Below are positions 10,736 to 20,080 of a stretch of 64,000 nucleotides of DNA, in pieces (position 1 is the first letter of the stretch; each line of letters opens with the position of its first letter). The DNA is from Candidatus Gastranaerophilales bacterium (lineage in GTDB: Bacteria; Cyanobacteriota; Vampirovibrionia; Gastranaerophilales; Gastranaerophilaceae), in contig CAADWU010000077.1 in the NCBI GenBank assembly GCA_900752845.1, positions 1,046 through 65,045 on the forward strand. The letters run 5' to 3'. Both the position numbers and the translations under genes were made by a program. The notes beneath the pieces are model-generated. The model saw only the letters and a program-made list of their open reading frames with translations, made no database searches and was not told the origin of the DNA.

Positions 10736-10901
10736 CTTATATCCCTCAAAATTTCCCACTAATATTTTATTTTATATATAGTAAAAAGACAAATAATTTT
10801 ACAATCTTGTAACATCACTTAATAAATATTGAAGTGGTACTTAACATGTAACGAAATGTAACAATGGGTTTGAAAAGTCTGAAACCCAGTTATAATCCTT
10901 C

Positions 10902-10921
10902 ATAGGATAGGATAGGATAGG
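10902..10921 (+). repeat. (ATAGG)4 pentanucleotide microsatellite
   Basis: ataggataggataggatagg followed by degenerate gcgagg-cgagg. Confidence 0.9.
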
Positions 10922-10936
10922 ATGCGAGGCGAGGTG

Positions 10937-10964
10937 TAAAGTTTTGAAAAAGCTAACCCGATAA
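10937..10964 (+). promoter_or_regulatory. Sigma-28 (FliA-type) promoter candidate
   Basis: TAAAGTTT-N12-CCCGATAA versus FliA consensus TAAAGTTT-N11-GCCGATAA. Confidence 0.6.
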
Positions 10965-11106
10965 TAATTGTGTACTCAAGGTCAAGGAGTAAAACGGGAG
11001 CAAGCGCACGTATAAAATAACCAAGACAGTTAAAGACCGAAAGAAGCGCAGCGACTGGATATAAGTACCTGAAATTCAACGAAAATTTGCAGAAAGGGTA
11101 AAAAAA

Positions 11107-12735
11107 ATGGGATTAGCAGCAGGTCAAGCCCGCTTATTAACAATCACGGCAAGAAAATCAGATTGCGAATTCAGATCAATGGGCCTTTCGCATCAGAAAA
11201 TATCTCTTGCACGCCAGCTTGCTGACCTTTCTAATGAATACCAGAATTCATTAGACCAATCAAAATTAATTTATGACTACTATGGTACAGGTGATACTAC
11301 TAACCCGTTGTCATATAACATATTGATGACCCCTTCAACATTAAATGATTATATGCCGACAACGATAACCGATACATTAGGTCGAACTGTCTTAAACAGC
11401 AAATATGCCTCAGCAGCACGATATGCAGGAATTCCACAGGAAGGATTAGGCACATTACCATCTGAGGCAATGCGTAATGCCTTTATACAGGGTTTGGCAT
11501 CAAAAGGTGTTATATCAACAGTTCTGGCATCCACAATACTCGGTCTTCCATACAATCAGGAAGCAGGTTTAGGCGGAGGTTCTACTGTTAGTGTAACTAC
11601 TATGTCTGGAAATATTAGTGACTTGATAGAACAACTTAAATGTAATGGTCAGTCTATCGATGTTTCACTTGATAATGTAAACACAGAAGGTGTTGACAGT
11701 GCTTGGTTCCAGCTTTCCAAGAATGGTAATGTTACTGATTTAAACAGCTTAAATAAAAATGTATCTTTAAATTTATCTGATTTGTTGTCAAATGATGACA
11801 CATATATTTCTTTTGGCAATCAAAAAACGGGTGAATATGCTCATGAAAATCTGGTTACGTCAGCTAAAAATATTCTTTCTACTGTATTAGATGCAACTTA
11901 TGAACAATTAGCATCATTACTTGATTTAGGCGACGGCTATACAGCAAAAGCTTTGGATTATGCTAGAACTGAAACAGAAAAACTGTTTTTACCTTCTATT
12001 GATAACTTGAGAAATGAGGAATACAGAACATTTGTAGGTAATGGTAACACAAACAATGCGTCAAGTGAAAATAACCAGAATTATATGGGCTTTGTATACG
12101 TTAAAGGTGAAAGCAGCATGTTTAAAAGTTCTAAACCTAAGGCTGCTGTTAATATCAATAACATGACGAAAGCTTTTCTTACATTTTTTGTAAAATATAT
12201 GGACGGGGTTGCAAGCAAAGATGCAGACGGTAGTGACAAATACAAGGTTCAGATTGGTCATTTGTCAGAAAATAAACTTGCTACCTCAGATTATTTATTC
12301 CAATACACAATTAAAACCGGCACTGAAGTATCCAGTGATGATTTGGCACAGGCAACATTCTACGATGCTTTATTTAACCAAATCTGTAAACAGGGCTGGA
12401 GTGAAAATGAAAAAATAACCGAAAGCGGCTATTTACAACAAATGCTTCAAAACGGAATGCTTTTTATATCAAAAATGAAAGATGACGGTTACTATTATCA
12501 AGGCAACTATGCAACAGACCCTTATATCAAGGAAATATCCGATGAAACCGCAATAGCCCAGGCAGAATCACGATATACAACAGAAAAAGCCAAATTAAAT
12601 ACAAAAGAAGAAACTCTGGATTTGAAGATGAAAAACCTTGATACGGAAATATCCTCACTAACAACAGAATATGACACAGTAAAAAATACTATATCCAAAA
12701 ACATTGAAAAATCATTCAAAAGGTATAGTGCGTAA
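11107..12735 (+). CDS. Hypothetical protein with N- and C-terminal coiled coils (MGLAAGQARLL... family)
   Basis: 542-aa ORF; helical heptad-rich termini around an N/S/T/D-rich core; no Sec signal. Confidence 0.85.
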   Translation: MGLAAGQARLLTITARKSDCEFRSMGLSHQKISLARQLADLSNEYQNSLDQSKLIYDYYGTGDTTNPLSYNILMTPSTLNDYMPTTITDTLGRTVLNSKYASAARYAGIPQEGLGTLPSEAMRNAFIQGLASKGVISTVLASTILGLPYNQEAGLGGGSTVSVTTMSGNISDLIEQLKCNGQSIDVSLDNVNTEGVDSAWFQLSKNGNVTDLNSLNKNVSLNLSDLLSNDDTYISFGNQKTGEYAHENLVTSAKNILSTVLDATYEQLASLLDLGDGYTAKALDYARTETEKLFLPSIDNLRNEEYRTFVGNGNTNNASSENNQNYMGFVYVKGESSMFKSSKPKAAVNINNMTKAFLTFFVKYMDGVASKDADGSDKYKVQIGHLSENKLATSDYLFQYTIKTGTEVSSDDLAQATFYDALFNQICKQGWSENEKITESGYLQQMLQNGMLFISKMKDDGYYYQGNYATDPYIKEISDETAIAQAESRYTTEKAKLNTKEETLDLKMKNLDTEISSLTTEYDTVKNTISKNIEKSFKRYSA

Positions 12736-12792
12736 GACTTGCTTTATACCTTTGTTTTTTATTATAATGTATTAAAAAAGGATATAGAGATT

Positions 12793-13671
12793 ATGAAAAA
12801 AATTTTAGTGTTATTGGCATTTATGATGTCTGTGGTTTCTGCTCAAGCCGTAAATTGGCAGCCTGTTGAAACCGGCAATCCTAATTTAAGTATTTATATT
12901 GACTTAGATTCAATTAAAAAATCAGGCAATCAAGAGTATCTTTATGCAATCAAAATTAATGACGGGAAAACTCCCGAACGTGTTGCATACATCAAATCTG
13001 ATGCTTCTTTGAACTATCTGGGTGTAATTAATGTAAATGATTACAGCGATGACACATATAAACCGTCTGCTGTTTTTGCAAATCCCCGTGTTTATATGAA
13101 GCCTTTATCCGAAAGCTCATTTTTAACAAGCGTTCATAATTTTGTTATTGCGGGAGCAAATGTTGAAAACGATGTGAAAGTTGCAGTTGATGCACCAAAA
13201 GAAGCAGAGCAGGTTGTTGAAGATGTAAACGAAAAAATTGCAGCAGATAAAATAGAAGAACCTGTTGAACAAAAACCGGTATTAAGAGAAACAACTTCTG
13301 TTATGGAAGATAATGTTAAAAAAGTGGCTTATGTTGTTCAGCCTTCTGCACAGCAAAAAGATTATAATGCAAAAAACCTGAAAGAGTATGTTTCCCAATT
13401 AAGCTGTGAACTGAATGAAAATTGGAACCCTCCGAAATCAGGTAAAAATTCACAAGCAATAATAATTGTTATGATTGGTAATGATGGTGCATTATATGGT
13501 TACGGTTTCGCTAAATCTTCCGGTGACGAGCCGACTGACAGATCAATATTAGCTGCTATTGAGAAGACCGTACCTTTTGGAAAATTCCCTAAAGTAAATA
13601 CTATAAAAAATGATAAACTTAAAATACAATTCGTTTTTGATTACCAAAAATTTAAAAAGTCAGTTGAATAA
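12793..13671 (+). CDS. Secreted protein with TonB/TolA C-terminal-like domain
   Basis: Signal peptide ending AQA; C-terminal NWNPPK...SSGDEPTDRSILAAI...PF. Confidence 0.75.
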   Translation: MKKILVLLAFMMSVVSAQAVNWQPVETGNPNLSIYIDLDSIKKSGNQEYLYAIKINDGKTPERVAYIKSDASLNYLGVINVNDYSDDTYKPSAVFANPRVYMKPLSESSFLTSVHNFVIAGANVENDVKVAVDAPKEAEQVVEDVNEKIAADKIEEPVEQKPVLRETTSVMEDNVKKVAYVVQPSAQQKDYNAKNLKEYVSQLSCELNENWNPPKSGKNSQAIIIVMIGNDGALYGYGFAKSSGDEPTDRSILAAIEKTVPFGKFPKVNTIKNDKLKIQFVFDYQKFKKSVE

Positions 13672-13703
13672 AAAAAAGAGAACCTTTATAGGTTCTCTTT
13701 TTT
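13672..13703. terminator. Bidirectional intrinsic terminator
   Basis: A-run, GAGAACCT-ttat-AGGTTCTC, T-run, between convergent genes. Confidence 0.85.
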
Positions 13704-13715
13704 AGTTTCTTATTT

Positions 13716-13821
13716 TGCCGTCTTGCGCTTCTTACTTGACGACGTTAAATGAGATTACGCATTTTGCTAATGTGTTTTCGCCACAACTGCAAAAGTGCTT
13801 CACTCTCTGCCGTCTTGCGCT
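13716..13821. repeat. 14-bp direct repeat TGCCGTCTTGCGCT (13716-13729 and 13808-13821) flanking a 78-bp segment
   Basis: Exact GC-rich duplication in an AT-rich intergenic region. Confidence 0.8.
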
Positions 13822-14011
13822 AGATTGCTTTTTGAACTTTTCCTGCTCTCAAGCAAGAAGTGCAAACTTTAATTCTTTTAACTGTTCCGTTCATATTAAC
13901 TTTAACTGATTGTAAGTTAGGTTCTTGAGTATGAACAATTTGTTTATGCGAGAATGTTAATTTCGCTGCTTTAATCGGTGCTTTACCGCATACATCACAT
14001 TTTTTTGACAT
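13820..14011 (-). CDS. rpmB: 50S ribosomal protein L28
   Basis: MSKKCDVCGK...FSH...PNLQ...KVCTSCLR. Confidence 0.95.
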   Translation of the reverse strand: MSKKCDVCGKAPIKAAKLTFSHKQIVHTQEPNLQSVKVNMNGTVKRIKVCTSCLRAGKVQKAI

Positions 14012-14211
14012 AATTCTAATTTCCTTTTCTAGCTAGTTTGTGTATTTACATCATATATTAAAAATTAGAAAAATCAAGCAACATGTTAAAAATGTTTAAG
14101 TCTAAACCTGTAAACCCTTGTTTTGTAACATTTTTACAAATACTTGAATTAAATTTTTAATTATGTTATATTCTGTCTAGAGAACAATTTAAAACAATTA
14201 GGGTATGGAAA

Positions 14212-14772
14212 ATGAAAAGTTCAACTATCAGAAGATCAAACTTATCTAAGGAAAAAATGGCTGTACTTGAAGCATTGTCTAAGTATAAACAAGATGCTTA
14301 CGATAATTCTCCGGGAGTATATGTCAGACCTAATAAAGAAAAAGAGTTGGATGTTTTATGGCAAAGCTTTAAAGTAAATCAGCGCAATGACAAATCACCG
14401 AGTATTTATCTTGCTACAGGTTTTATTGCCGGTGCTGTCGTAATGCTTATTCTTACAGTGTTAATCAGCTTCTCTGCAAATAGCATTAAATCTGTTGAAG
14501 AACAGGTTGCTTCAGTTCCTGCTCCTGTGAAGAAAGAAAAATTGAGCTTAAATTTTATTCCTTCTTCTTCTGAAAAAGTTGAAGAACAGGCTGCCGCTAA
14601 TGAACAATATACTGTACAAAGTGGTGATACAATGGAAAGCATTTTAATCAGATTTTACGGTTCTTACAGCAAAGATAAAGAAGCTTTGGTGTTAAAGACC
14701 AATAATATGACTAATCCTAACAAACTTGCTATCGGTCAAAAGTTGACAATCCCTGTAGAACCTAAAGAGTAA
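14212..14772 (+). CDS. LysM domain membrane protein
   Basis: Single TM helix; C-terminal YTVQSGDT...NPNKLAIGQKLTIP. Confidence 0.9.
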   Translation: MKSSTIRRSNLSKEKMAVLEALSKYKQDAYDNSPGVYVRPNKEKELDVLWQSFKVNQRNDKSPSIYLATGFIAGAVVMLILTVLISFSANSIKSVEEQVASVPAPVKKEKLSLNFIPSSSEKVEEQAAANEQYTVQSGDTMESILIRFYGSYSKDKEALVLKTNNMTNPNKLAIGQKLTIPVEPKE

Positions 14773-14788
14773 GTTTAAAATAAATGTT

Positions 14789-14825
14789 AAAAAAAAGACT
14801 GATATAATAATCAGTCTTTTTTTTT
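14789..14825. terminator. Bidirectional intrinsic terminator
   Basis: A-run, GACTGAT...ATCAGTC, T-run. Confidence 0.85.
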
Positions 14826-14826
14826 A

Positions 14827-15629
14827 TTAGTATGTCATTTCCCAGTTGTCATTTAAGATTTTGCCGAAACATCCGTGCCAGCTTCCTCCATTATTGCTTG
14901 TACAAACTGCATAATTTGTATTGCGTTCATCTTTTGTCATCGGCGCTTTATTGTCAGTTGTATGGTCATTGTCATCAATTAAACCGTTATTATATAAATA
15001 TATAGGGAACAAATCTCTGCCAACAATATTAGGTCCTTTTTGCCCGTTTATATCAACATAAAGTTCACACAGCACATCACTGTTTGGTCTGTAACTTATA
15101 CCAATTGATGCGCCGCTTGCGATTACATAGTGGGTTCTTGGCGTATACCAGGATGTTACGGTTGTACCTGAAAGTTTTTTATAAACTCCCGCTGCAGGAA
15201 AACATGGAGTTCTGTCAGAACCGCATTTTTGAACAACTTTAAAATGGTCTTCAATAAAACTTTCTGCTGCTGCTTGAGTGGACAATCCTGCTTCTTTCAA
15301 ATTAATTGCATTTCTTTCTGTCTGATATTGAACAGCAGCCTGTGAAAGTTCGTTGTAGACTTTGTGCAGTTGTGTAACATAAGATTGCCTTTGATAATTT
15401 TGCATCAAAGACGGAACAGTCATTGCAGAAACAACTCCTATAATGCCTAAAGTTACTAAAACTTCGGCTAGAGTAAATGCAGACTCATTTCCATAATAAC
15501 AGCGCTTCTTCTTAAATAAAACAAAATTTTTAAAAAATTTGTAAAAACGCCCCTTAAAAGCTCTTTCCGATATATCTACGTACGTAGTACCGGGGGGGGG
15601 GCACCCCTTAATGCCCTTGACTTAATCAT
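14827..15629 (-). CDS. Type IV pilin-like protein, frameshifted (OFF) at a C10 tract in the leader
   Basis: GGAGG plus ATG 15629; restored frame reads ...SAFTLAEVLVTLGIIGVVSAMTVP...VDINGQKGPN; C10 at 15592-15601 shifts the frame. Confidence 0.85.
15592..15601. repeat. G10/C10 homopolymer (candidate phase-variation tract)
   Basis: Ten consecutive G on the + strand. Confidence 0.95.
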
Positions 15630-15780
15630 TTTCAGCCTCCTTTTTTTATCCTCTTTGCCGACAATCATCGGATTTTCTATATCATTGCCAGAGGCTAAAG
15701 CCTCATTTTTTTTGCCATGTTAAACAATGTTCGTGAAATTTTTTATTGCTTCTTGAAGAAATATATGCTTCTTTTATAAT

Positions 15781-15809
15781 ATTATAACACTTTGGCTGAG
15801 TATTTTCAA
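15781..15809 (-). promoter_or_regulatory. Sigma-70 promoter for the pilin-like gene
   Basis: TTGAAA-N17-TATAAT with extended -10 TG. Confidence 0.65.
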
Positions 15810-15817
15810 TATGCGTA

Positions 15818-17050
15818 TTAATTTGTATATTTGCGGTTAATAAGTTCATCGGGAAGAAACTGCTGTTTAACGTCAGGAGCATTATGCGAGTAAACATAAC
15901 CTATTCCGAAACCGTAGTTTTTTGCATCTTTATAATGTGCATCACGCAGATGCAGTGGAGGAGGAAAATCTTTTCCTGTTTCAATATCATGCAGTGCAGC
16001 ATCAATTGCCATGATTGTTTCATTTGATTTTGGCGCACGTGCAACATAAATTACAGCCTGAGCAAGCGGTATTCTTCCTTCTGGCAGACCGAGAAGTTCG
16101 ACTGCTTTATATGCGTTAATTGCGACATTTAAAGCGTTAGGATCAGCATTACCTACGTCTTCTGCAGAGCATGTTATAAGTCTTCTTGCAATAAATCTCG
16201 GGTCCTCGCCTGCCGCAATCATTTTGGCAAGATAATATATTGCCGCATCAGGATCAGAACCACGCAAACTTTTTTGAAAAGCTGAGGCACAATCGTAATG
16301 TTCCTGCTGAGAGTATCTTGTGTTGCGTTTCTGACAGATTTCTTCGATAATTTTTACTGTTAAATTCCTTCTGTTCTCTTTTAAATCACTTGCAAAATAA
16401 GCGTTTTCAACGACATTTAGCGCATATCTTGCATCGCCTCTTGCAAGGTTAATGATAAAATCTATTGCGCCTGTTTCGCAATCCATAGGAAGATAATTTT
16501 TAGCAAGGTATGCAAAACCTTTTTTTATAATTTTTTCCATACTGTTGTCGTCAATAGAGTTCAATCTTACAACCTGAACTCTTGATAATAGAGCAGGAAC
16601 AACCTGAAAAGACGGATTTTCGGTTGTAGAACCTATAAGAAACAACGTTCCGTTTTCAAGATGAGGTAAAAGCGCATCCTGCTGTGTTTTTGAATACCTG
16701 TGAATTTCATCAATAAATAAAATAGTTTTTGAGCCGCTTCTGAGAGCATTTTTGGCACTTTCAACAGCTTCTTTTATCTCTTTAACGCCTGAGGTTACAG
16801 CTGAAATCTCAATAAAATTTGCACTTGTTTTTGTTGCAATAAGCCTTGCAAGTGTTGTTTTTCCGCAGCCGGGAGTTCCCCAGAAAATCAATGAGAAAAG
16901 TCTGTTTGTTTTTAACAGATTTAAAATAGGACTGTTTGGCGAAACAACATTACTCTGTCCTAAAAAATCCTCAAGAGTTTTCGGGCGTAATATCTCAGCA
17001 AGCGGTATTTGCTTATTTTGATTTTCAAGTTCCGTAAATAAATTATTCAT
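15818..17050 (-). CDS. rarA: Replication-associated recombination protein A (MgsA)
   Basis: PLAEILRP, GTPGCGKTT, DEIHR and KSLRGSD motifs. Confidence 0.95.
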   Translation of the reverse strand: MNNLFTELENQNKQIPLAEILRPKTLEDFLGQSNVVSPNSPILNLLKTNRLFSLIFWGTPGCGKTTLARLIATKTSANFIEISAVTSGVKEIKEAVESAKNALRSGSKTILFIDEIHRYSKTQQDALLPHLENGTLFLIGSTTENPSFQVVPALLSRVQVVRLNSIDDNSMEKIIKKGFAYLAKNYLPMDCETGAIDFIINLARGDARYALNVVENAYFASDLKENRRNLTVKIIEEICQKRNTRYSQQEHYDCASAFQKSLRGSDPDAAIYYLAKMIAAGEDPRFIARRLITCSAEDVGNADPNALNVAINAYKAVELLGLPEGRIPLAQAVIYVARAPKSNETIMAIDAALHDIETGKDFPPPLHLRDAHYKDAKNYGFGIGYVYSHNAPDVKQQFLPDELINRKYTN

Positions 17051-17085
17051 AGTATAATTGTAGCATTAAACAGCAGAGGTGTCGA

Positions 17086-18312
17086 ATGAAAAAAATTTTT
17101 TCTCTTTTATTGTTAACCATTATACTTATAACAGGTGTGTTTTTTCTTACCAAAAATAAGAACATTGTTGATGATAATGAGGTGATTTTTTGGACTTTGC
17201 AAATGAATGATTTTGCTCCTTATATTACAGGTGTAATCTCGGAATTTGAAAAAGAAAATCCTGAAATTAAGATTAAATGGATTGATGTTCCGTTCTCGGA
17301 AGGAGAAAAAAGAACTCTTGCCTCTGTGTTAAGCGACAATCCGCCTGACTTGATAAACCTGAACCCTGATTTTACGGCACTTTTAGCTCAGCGTGGGGCA
17401 TTATACGAGATTGAAGAAAAGTATATAGAACAATATAATTCTGAAATTACAAATGCTTTAAAATATAACGACAAACTTTATTCATTACCCTGGTATGCAA
17501 CATCTGCCGTTACCATTTACAATAAAGAACTTGTATCAAAAGCCGGAGTTAAGCTGCCTGGAACTTATGAAGATTTAGCGGATATTGCGCCTGCTGTGCA
17601 TCAAAAAACTGGAGCGTATATTATGCTTCCGAATATTACCGAAAATGATACGATGATTAAAATCTTGAATAAATATGGCGTGACATCGCACAACATTAAT
17701 TCTGATGAGTCAGTTGAAATTTTTGATTATTTTAAAAACTTATACGAGAATGACCTAATTCCTAAAGAGTCTATAACCCAAACTCACAGAGAAGCACTTG
17801 AAAAGTATATGGCTGAAAAAATAGTGTTTTTTCAAGCAGGAGCAAACTTTTTGAATATGATTAAAGAAAATGCTCCTTCAACGTATACAAAAACTGATGT
17901 TGCACCGCAAATAACAGGAAAACTCGGACAAAACGACTTTTCTTTGATGAATTTTGTTATTCCTGCACGTGCAAAACACAAACAGGAAGCTTTGAAGTTT
18001 GCTCTGTTTTTGACTAACGATAAAAACCAGCTTGAACTTGCAAAACTTACAAATGTTCTTGCGGTAAATCAAAAAACTTTAAACAATGAATTTTATACAA
18101 AATACGATGAGAATGACTTAACAGCAAAAGCTCGTGTAATCAGTGCAAAACAGCTTAATAAAATAAATCCTGTTATGGTAACCGAACGCAATCAAAAAGA
18201 AATTAATACAATAGTAAATACAGCTGTCCAGCAGATATTGCTAAACAAAAACACCACCAAGAAAATTCTTGATGATGTTTCAAATAAAATTAAGTTAATG
18301 GAAGAAAATTAG
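17086..18312 (+). CDS. ABC transporter sugar-binding protein
   Basis: N-terminal anchor; FEKENPEIKIKW, PPDL and YSLPWY motifs. Confidence 0.85.
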   Translation: MKKIFSLLLLTIILITGVFFLTKNKNIVDDNEVIFWTLQMNDFAPYITGVISEFEKENPEIKIKWIDVPFSEGEKRTLASVLSDNPPDLINLNPDFTALLAQRGALYEIEEKYIEQYNSEITNALKYNDKLYSLPWYATSAVTIYNKELVSKAGVKLPGTYEDLADIAPAVHQKTGAYIMLPNITENDTMIKILNKYGVTSHNINSDESVEIFDYFKNLYENDLIPKESITQTHREALEKYMAEKIVFFQAGANFLNMIKENAPSTYTKTDVAPQITGKLGQNDFSLMNFVIPARAKHKQEALKFALFLTNDKNQLELAKLTNVLAVNQKTLNNEFYTKYDENDLTAKARVISAKQLNKINPVMVTERNQKEINTIVNTAVQQILLNKNTTKKILDDVSNKIKLMEEN

Positions 18313-18767
18313 CACCAGAAGCCACGTGGTCCGAACAGCGACGGTCCTCCGAACATAAATCCGCTGCTGCATCCGCAGCCTCCGCCGAAAAAGCTGCCGC
18401 CCCACATTCCCATTCCGCCTCCATATATCATAGAAGGCATCATGTAAGGACTGTATCCGCATCCGAAAATTCCAAACGGAGAAGTAAGCATCGAAGCACC
18501 GATAAGCCCCATTGTACCTCTGTAATTCGCTTCGGGAGTTCCGTATCCGGCTGCCGAATTAACAGCATATCCCAGATAACTTCCGCTTCTGTCACGAATA
18601 TCTTTTGCCGCTTCATTTCTTATTGCGCCGTTCATAACATTAAAGCCAAAGCCCATTAAAGCATCACCCGTATTGGCGCCTCTGTTTTTTGCGTCAACAT
18701 AACCAAGTGTACTGCCCATAAGTGCATTAACATTGCTAAGTGCATAAATAGCGTTGTCTAAACCCAT
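18309..18767 (-). CDS. Gly/Met/Phe-rich hypothetical protein
   Basis: 152-aa ORF with low-complexity GGMGMWGGSFFGGGCGC tail. Confidence 0.75.
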   Translation of the reverse strand: MGLDNAIYALSNVNALMGSTLGYVDAKNRGANTGDALMGFGFNVMNGAIRNEAAKDIRDRSGSYLGYAVNSAAGYGTPEANYRGTMGLIGASMLTSPFGIFGCGYSPYMMPSMIYGGGMGMWGGSFFGGGCGCSSGFMFGGPSLFGPRGFWC

Positions 18768-18876
18768 AATATTCTCTCATATTTATATACTTGTATATAT
18801 ATAAAGTATATTCTTTTGCAAAAATTGCATGATTTTACTCCAATGTAAAGTATTGTAACAACATATCTTAAACTCT

Positions 18877-18904
18877 TAAAGTTTGAAGGGTTTATAGCCG
18901 AAAA
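18877..18904 (+). promoter_or_regulatory. Sigma-28 (FliA-type) promoter candidate
   Basis: TAAAGTTT-N12-GCCGAAAA. Confidence 0.6.
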
Positions 18905-18941
18905 CAATAATAAGGAAAGTTTTAAAAAGGGATTTGAAAAT

Positions 18942-19439
18942 ATGGCAATGAGCGTTTACAATGCACAATACAAATTAGGGATTGATACAACAACTTTAAA
19001 AGAAGTTTCAAATGAAATCTTAAAACGTGCTGCTGAAAAAAACAGCCAATATAAGACTTCATCATCATCTAATAATATTTTCAAATCTGCTGATATCGGA
19101 TTGGATTTATACAAAGGCAATATTGATACAAAAGTTGCACGTCAAATTGCTATGAACAATTCAGGTTTGCAAATTCAATTAAATCAGGAAGTTTTACAAT
19201 CTATTCAATATTTGAATACTAAAGCTGCACAAAATGTTCAGAAAAATGTTGAAGGTAAAATTACCGTTGCACTTAATGAAGGTGTCGGAAATACTCAAAA
19301 AACCGAAAATGCACCGAAATTCAACAGCATTATAAGTTTAGGTGCAGGCAAAGATAAAAACGGTTCAGCACCTTCATACAAAGGTGAATTCCTGTTTATC
19401 AAAAAAGACAAGGAAAATGAAGAAGCTGCAGCAGCTTAA
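18942..19439 (+). CDS. Hypothetical protein
   Basis: 165-aa ORF with RBS. Confidence 0.75.
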   Translation: MAMSVYNAQYKLGIDTTTLKEVSNEILKRAAEKNSQYKTSSSSNNIFKSADIGLDLYKGNIDTKVARQIAMNNSGLQIQLNQEVLQSIQYLNTKAAQNVQKNVEGKITVALNEGVGNTQKTENAPKFNSIISLGAGKDKNGSAPSYKGEFLFIKKDKENEEAAAA

Positions 19440-19452
19440 TAAGAATATAAGA

Positions 19453-19860
19453 TTATTTATCTTCTTTTAATTCTTTAGCAATGTTATAAAATTCTTCTTC
19501 AAGCTCTTTTTCGGCGTTTTCACGTTTATCGTCATCTTTTTGCTGTTGATTTTTATGCTTGCGAGAGTTTTCTTCCTGGTTTTCTTTTTGCGAAAGAGCT
19601 TTTTTGCGTTCGTTAATAACGTTAGCCACGTTCATCATGGCAAGAGAGTTTAAAGTAGCACGTAAAACCGCACTTCTGTCAGTATATTTTTCACTTTCTT
19701 TAGATTCTTCTTCGTCTTCTCTATTTCTTTGCGAAAAGTATTCTCCGCCCTGTCCCATTTTATCATCCTGAGTTTTGGCAGCAGTACCTGAAATATCTCC
19801 GCTTTTGAAGTTAAAAGAGCCTCCGATTCCGAAAAATCCGGCTGATCTGTTATCGACCAT
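19453..19860 (-). CDS. Hypothetical charged protein
   Basis: 135-aa ORF with RBS GAGGG. Confidence 0.7.
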   Translation of the reverse strand: MVDNRSAGFFGIGGSFNFKSGDISGTAAKTQDDKMGQGGEYFSQRNREDEEESKESEKYTDRSAVLRATLNSLAMMNVANVINERKKALSQKENQEENSRKHKNQQQKDDDKRENAEKELEEEFYNIAKELKEDK

Positions 19861-20080
19861 ACTTTAACCCTCTATGTGTTTATACTATCTCGTGATTATA
19901 GTACCAGATTGCATGTTATATTAACTCGTCTGAATGGATTATTTTGCTATTATGTTAATAAATATTTACATGGGGAATGCTGTAGTATTAACTGTCCATA
20001 TCCCTGCAAATGTGATTGTATATTGAAAAAAACGGGTATATATGTTATTATAAAAATAGAATAATTATGAAAGGATGTTT

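Noticed and set aside
10902..10934. Possible CRISPR-like repeats
   Set aside because: Only a 5-bp microsatellite; no repeat-spacer array or cas genes seen in the window
13715..13909. 64-aa plus-strand ORF
   Set aside because: Overlaps rpmB antisense and the direct-repeat element; no RBS
14827..15423. Diversity-generating retroelement targeting the pilins
   Set aside because: No reverse transcriptase or template/variable repeat pair visible in this window
15640..15760. c-di-GMP riboswitch upstream of pilin locus 1
   Set aside because: Does not match the GEMM-I consensus by eye; kept only as an unclassified structured leader
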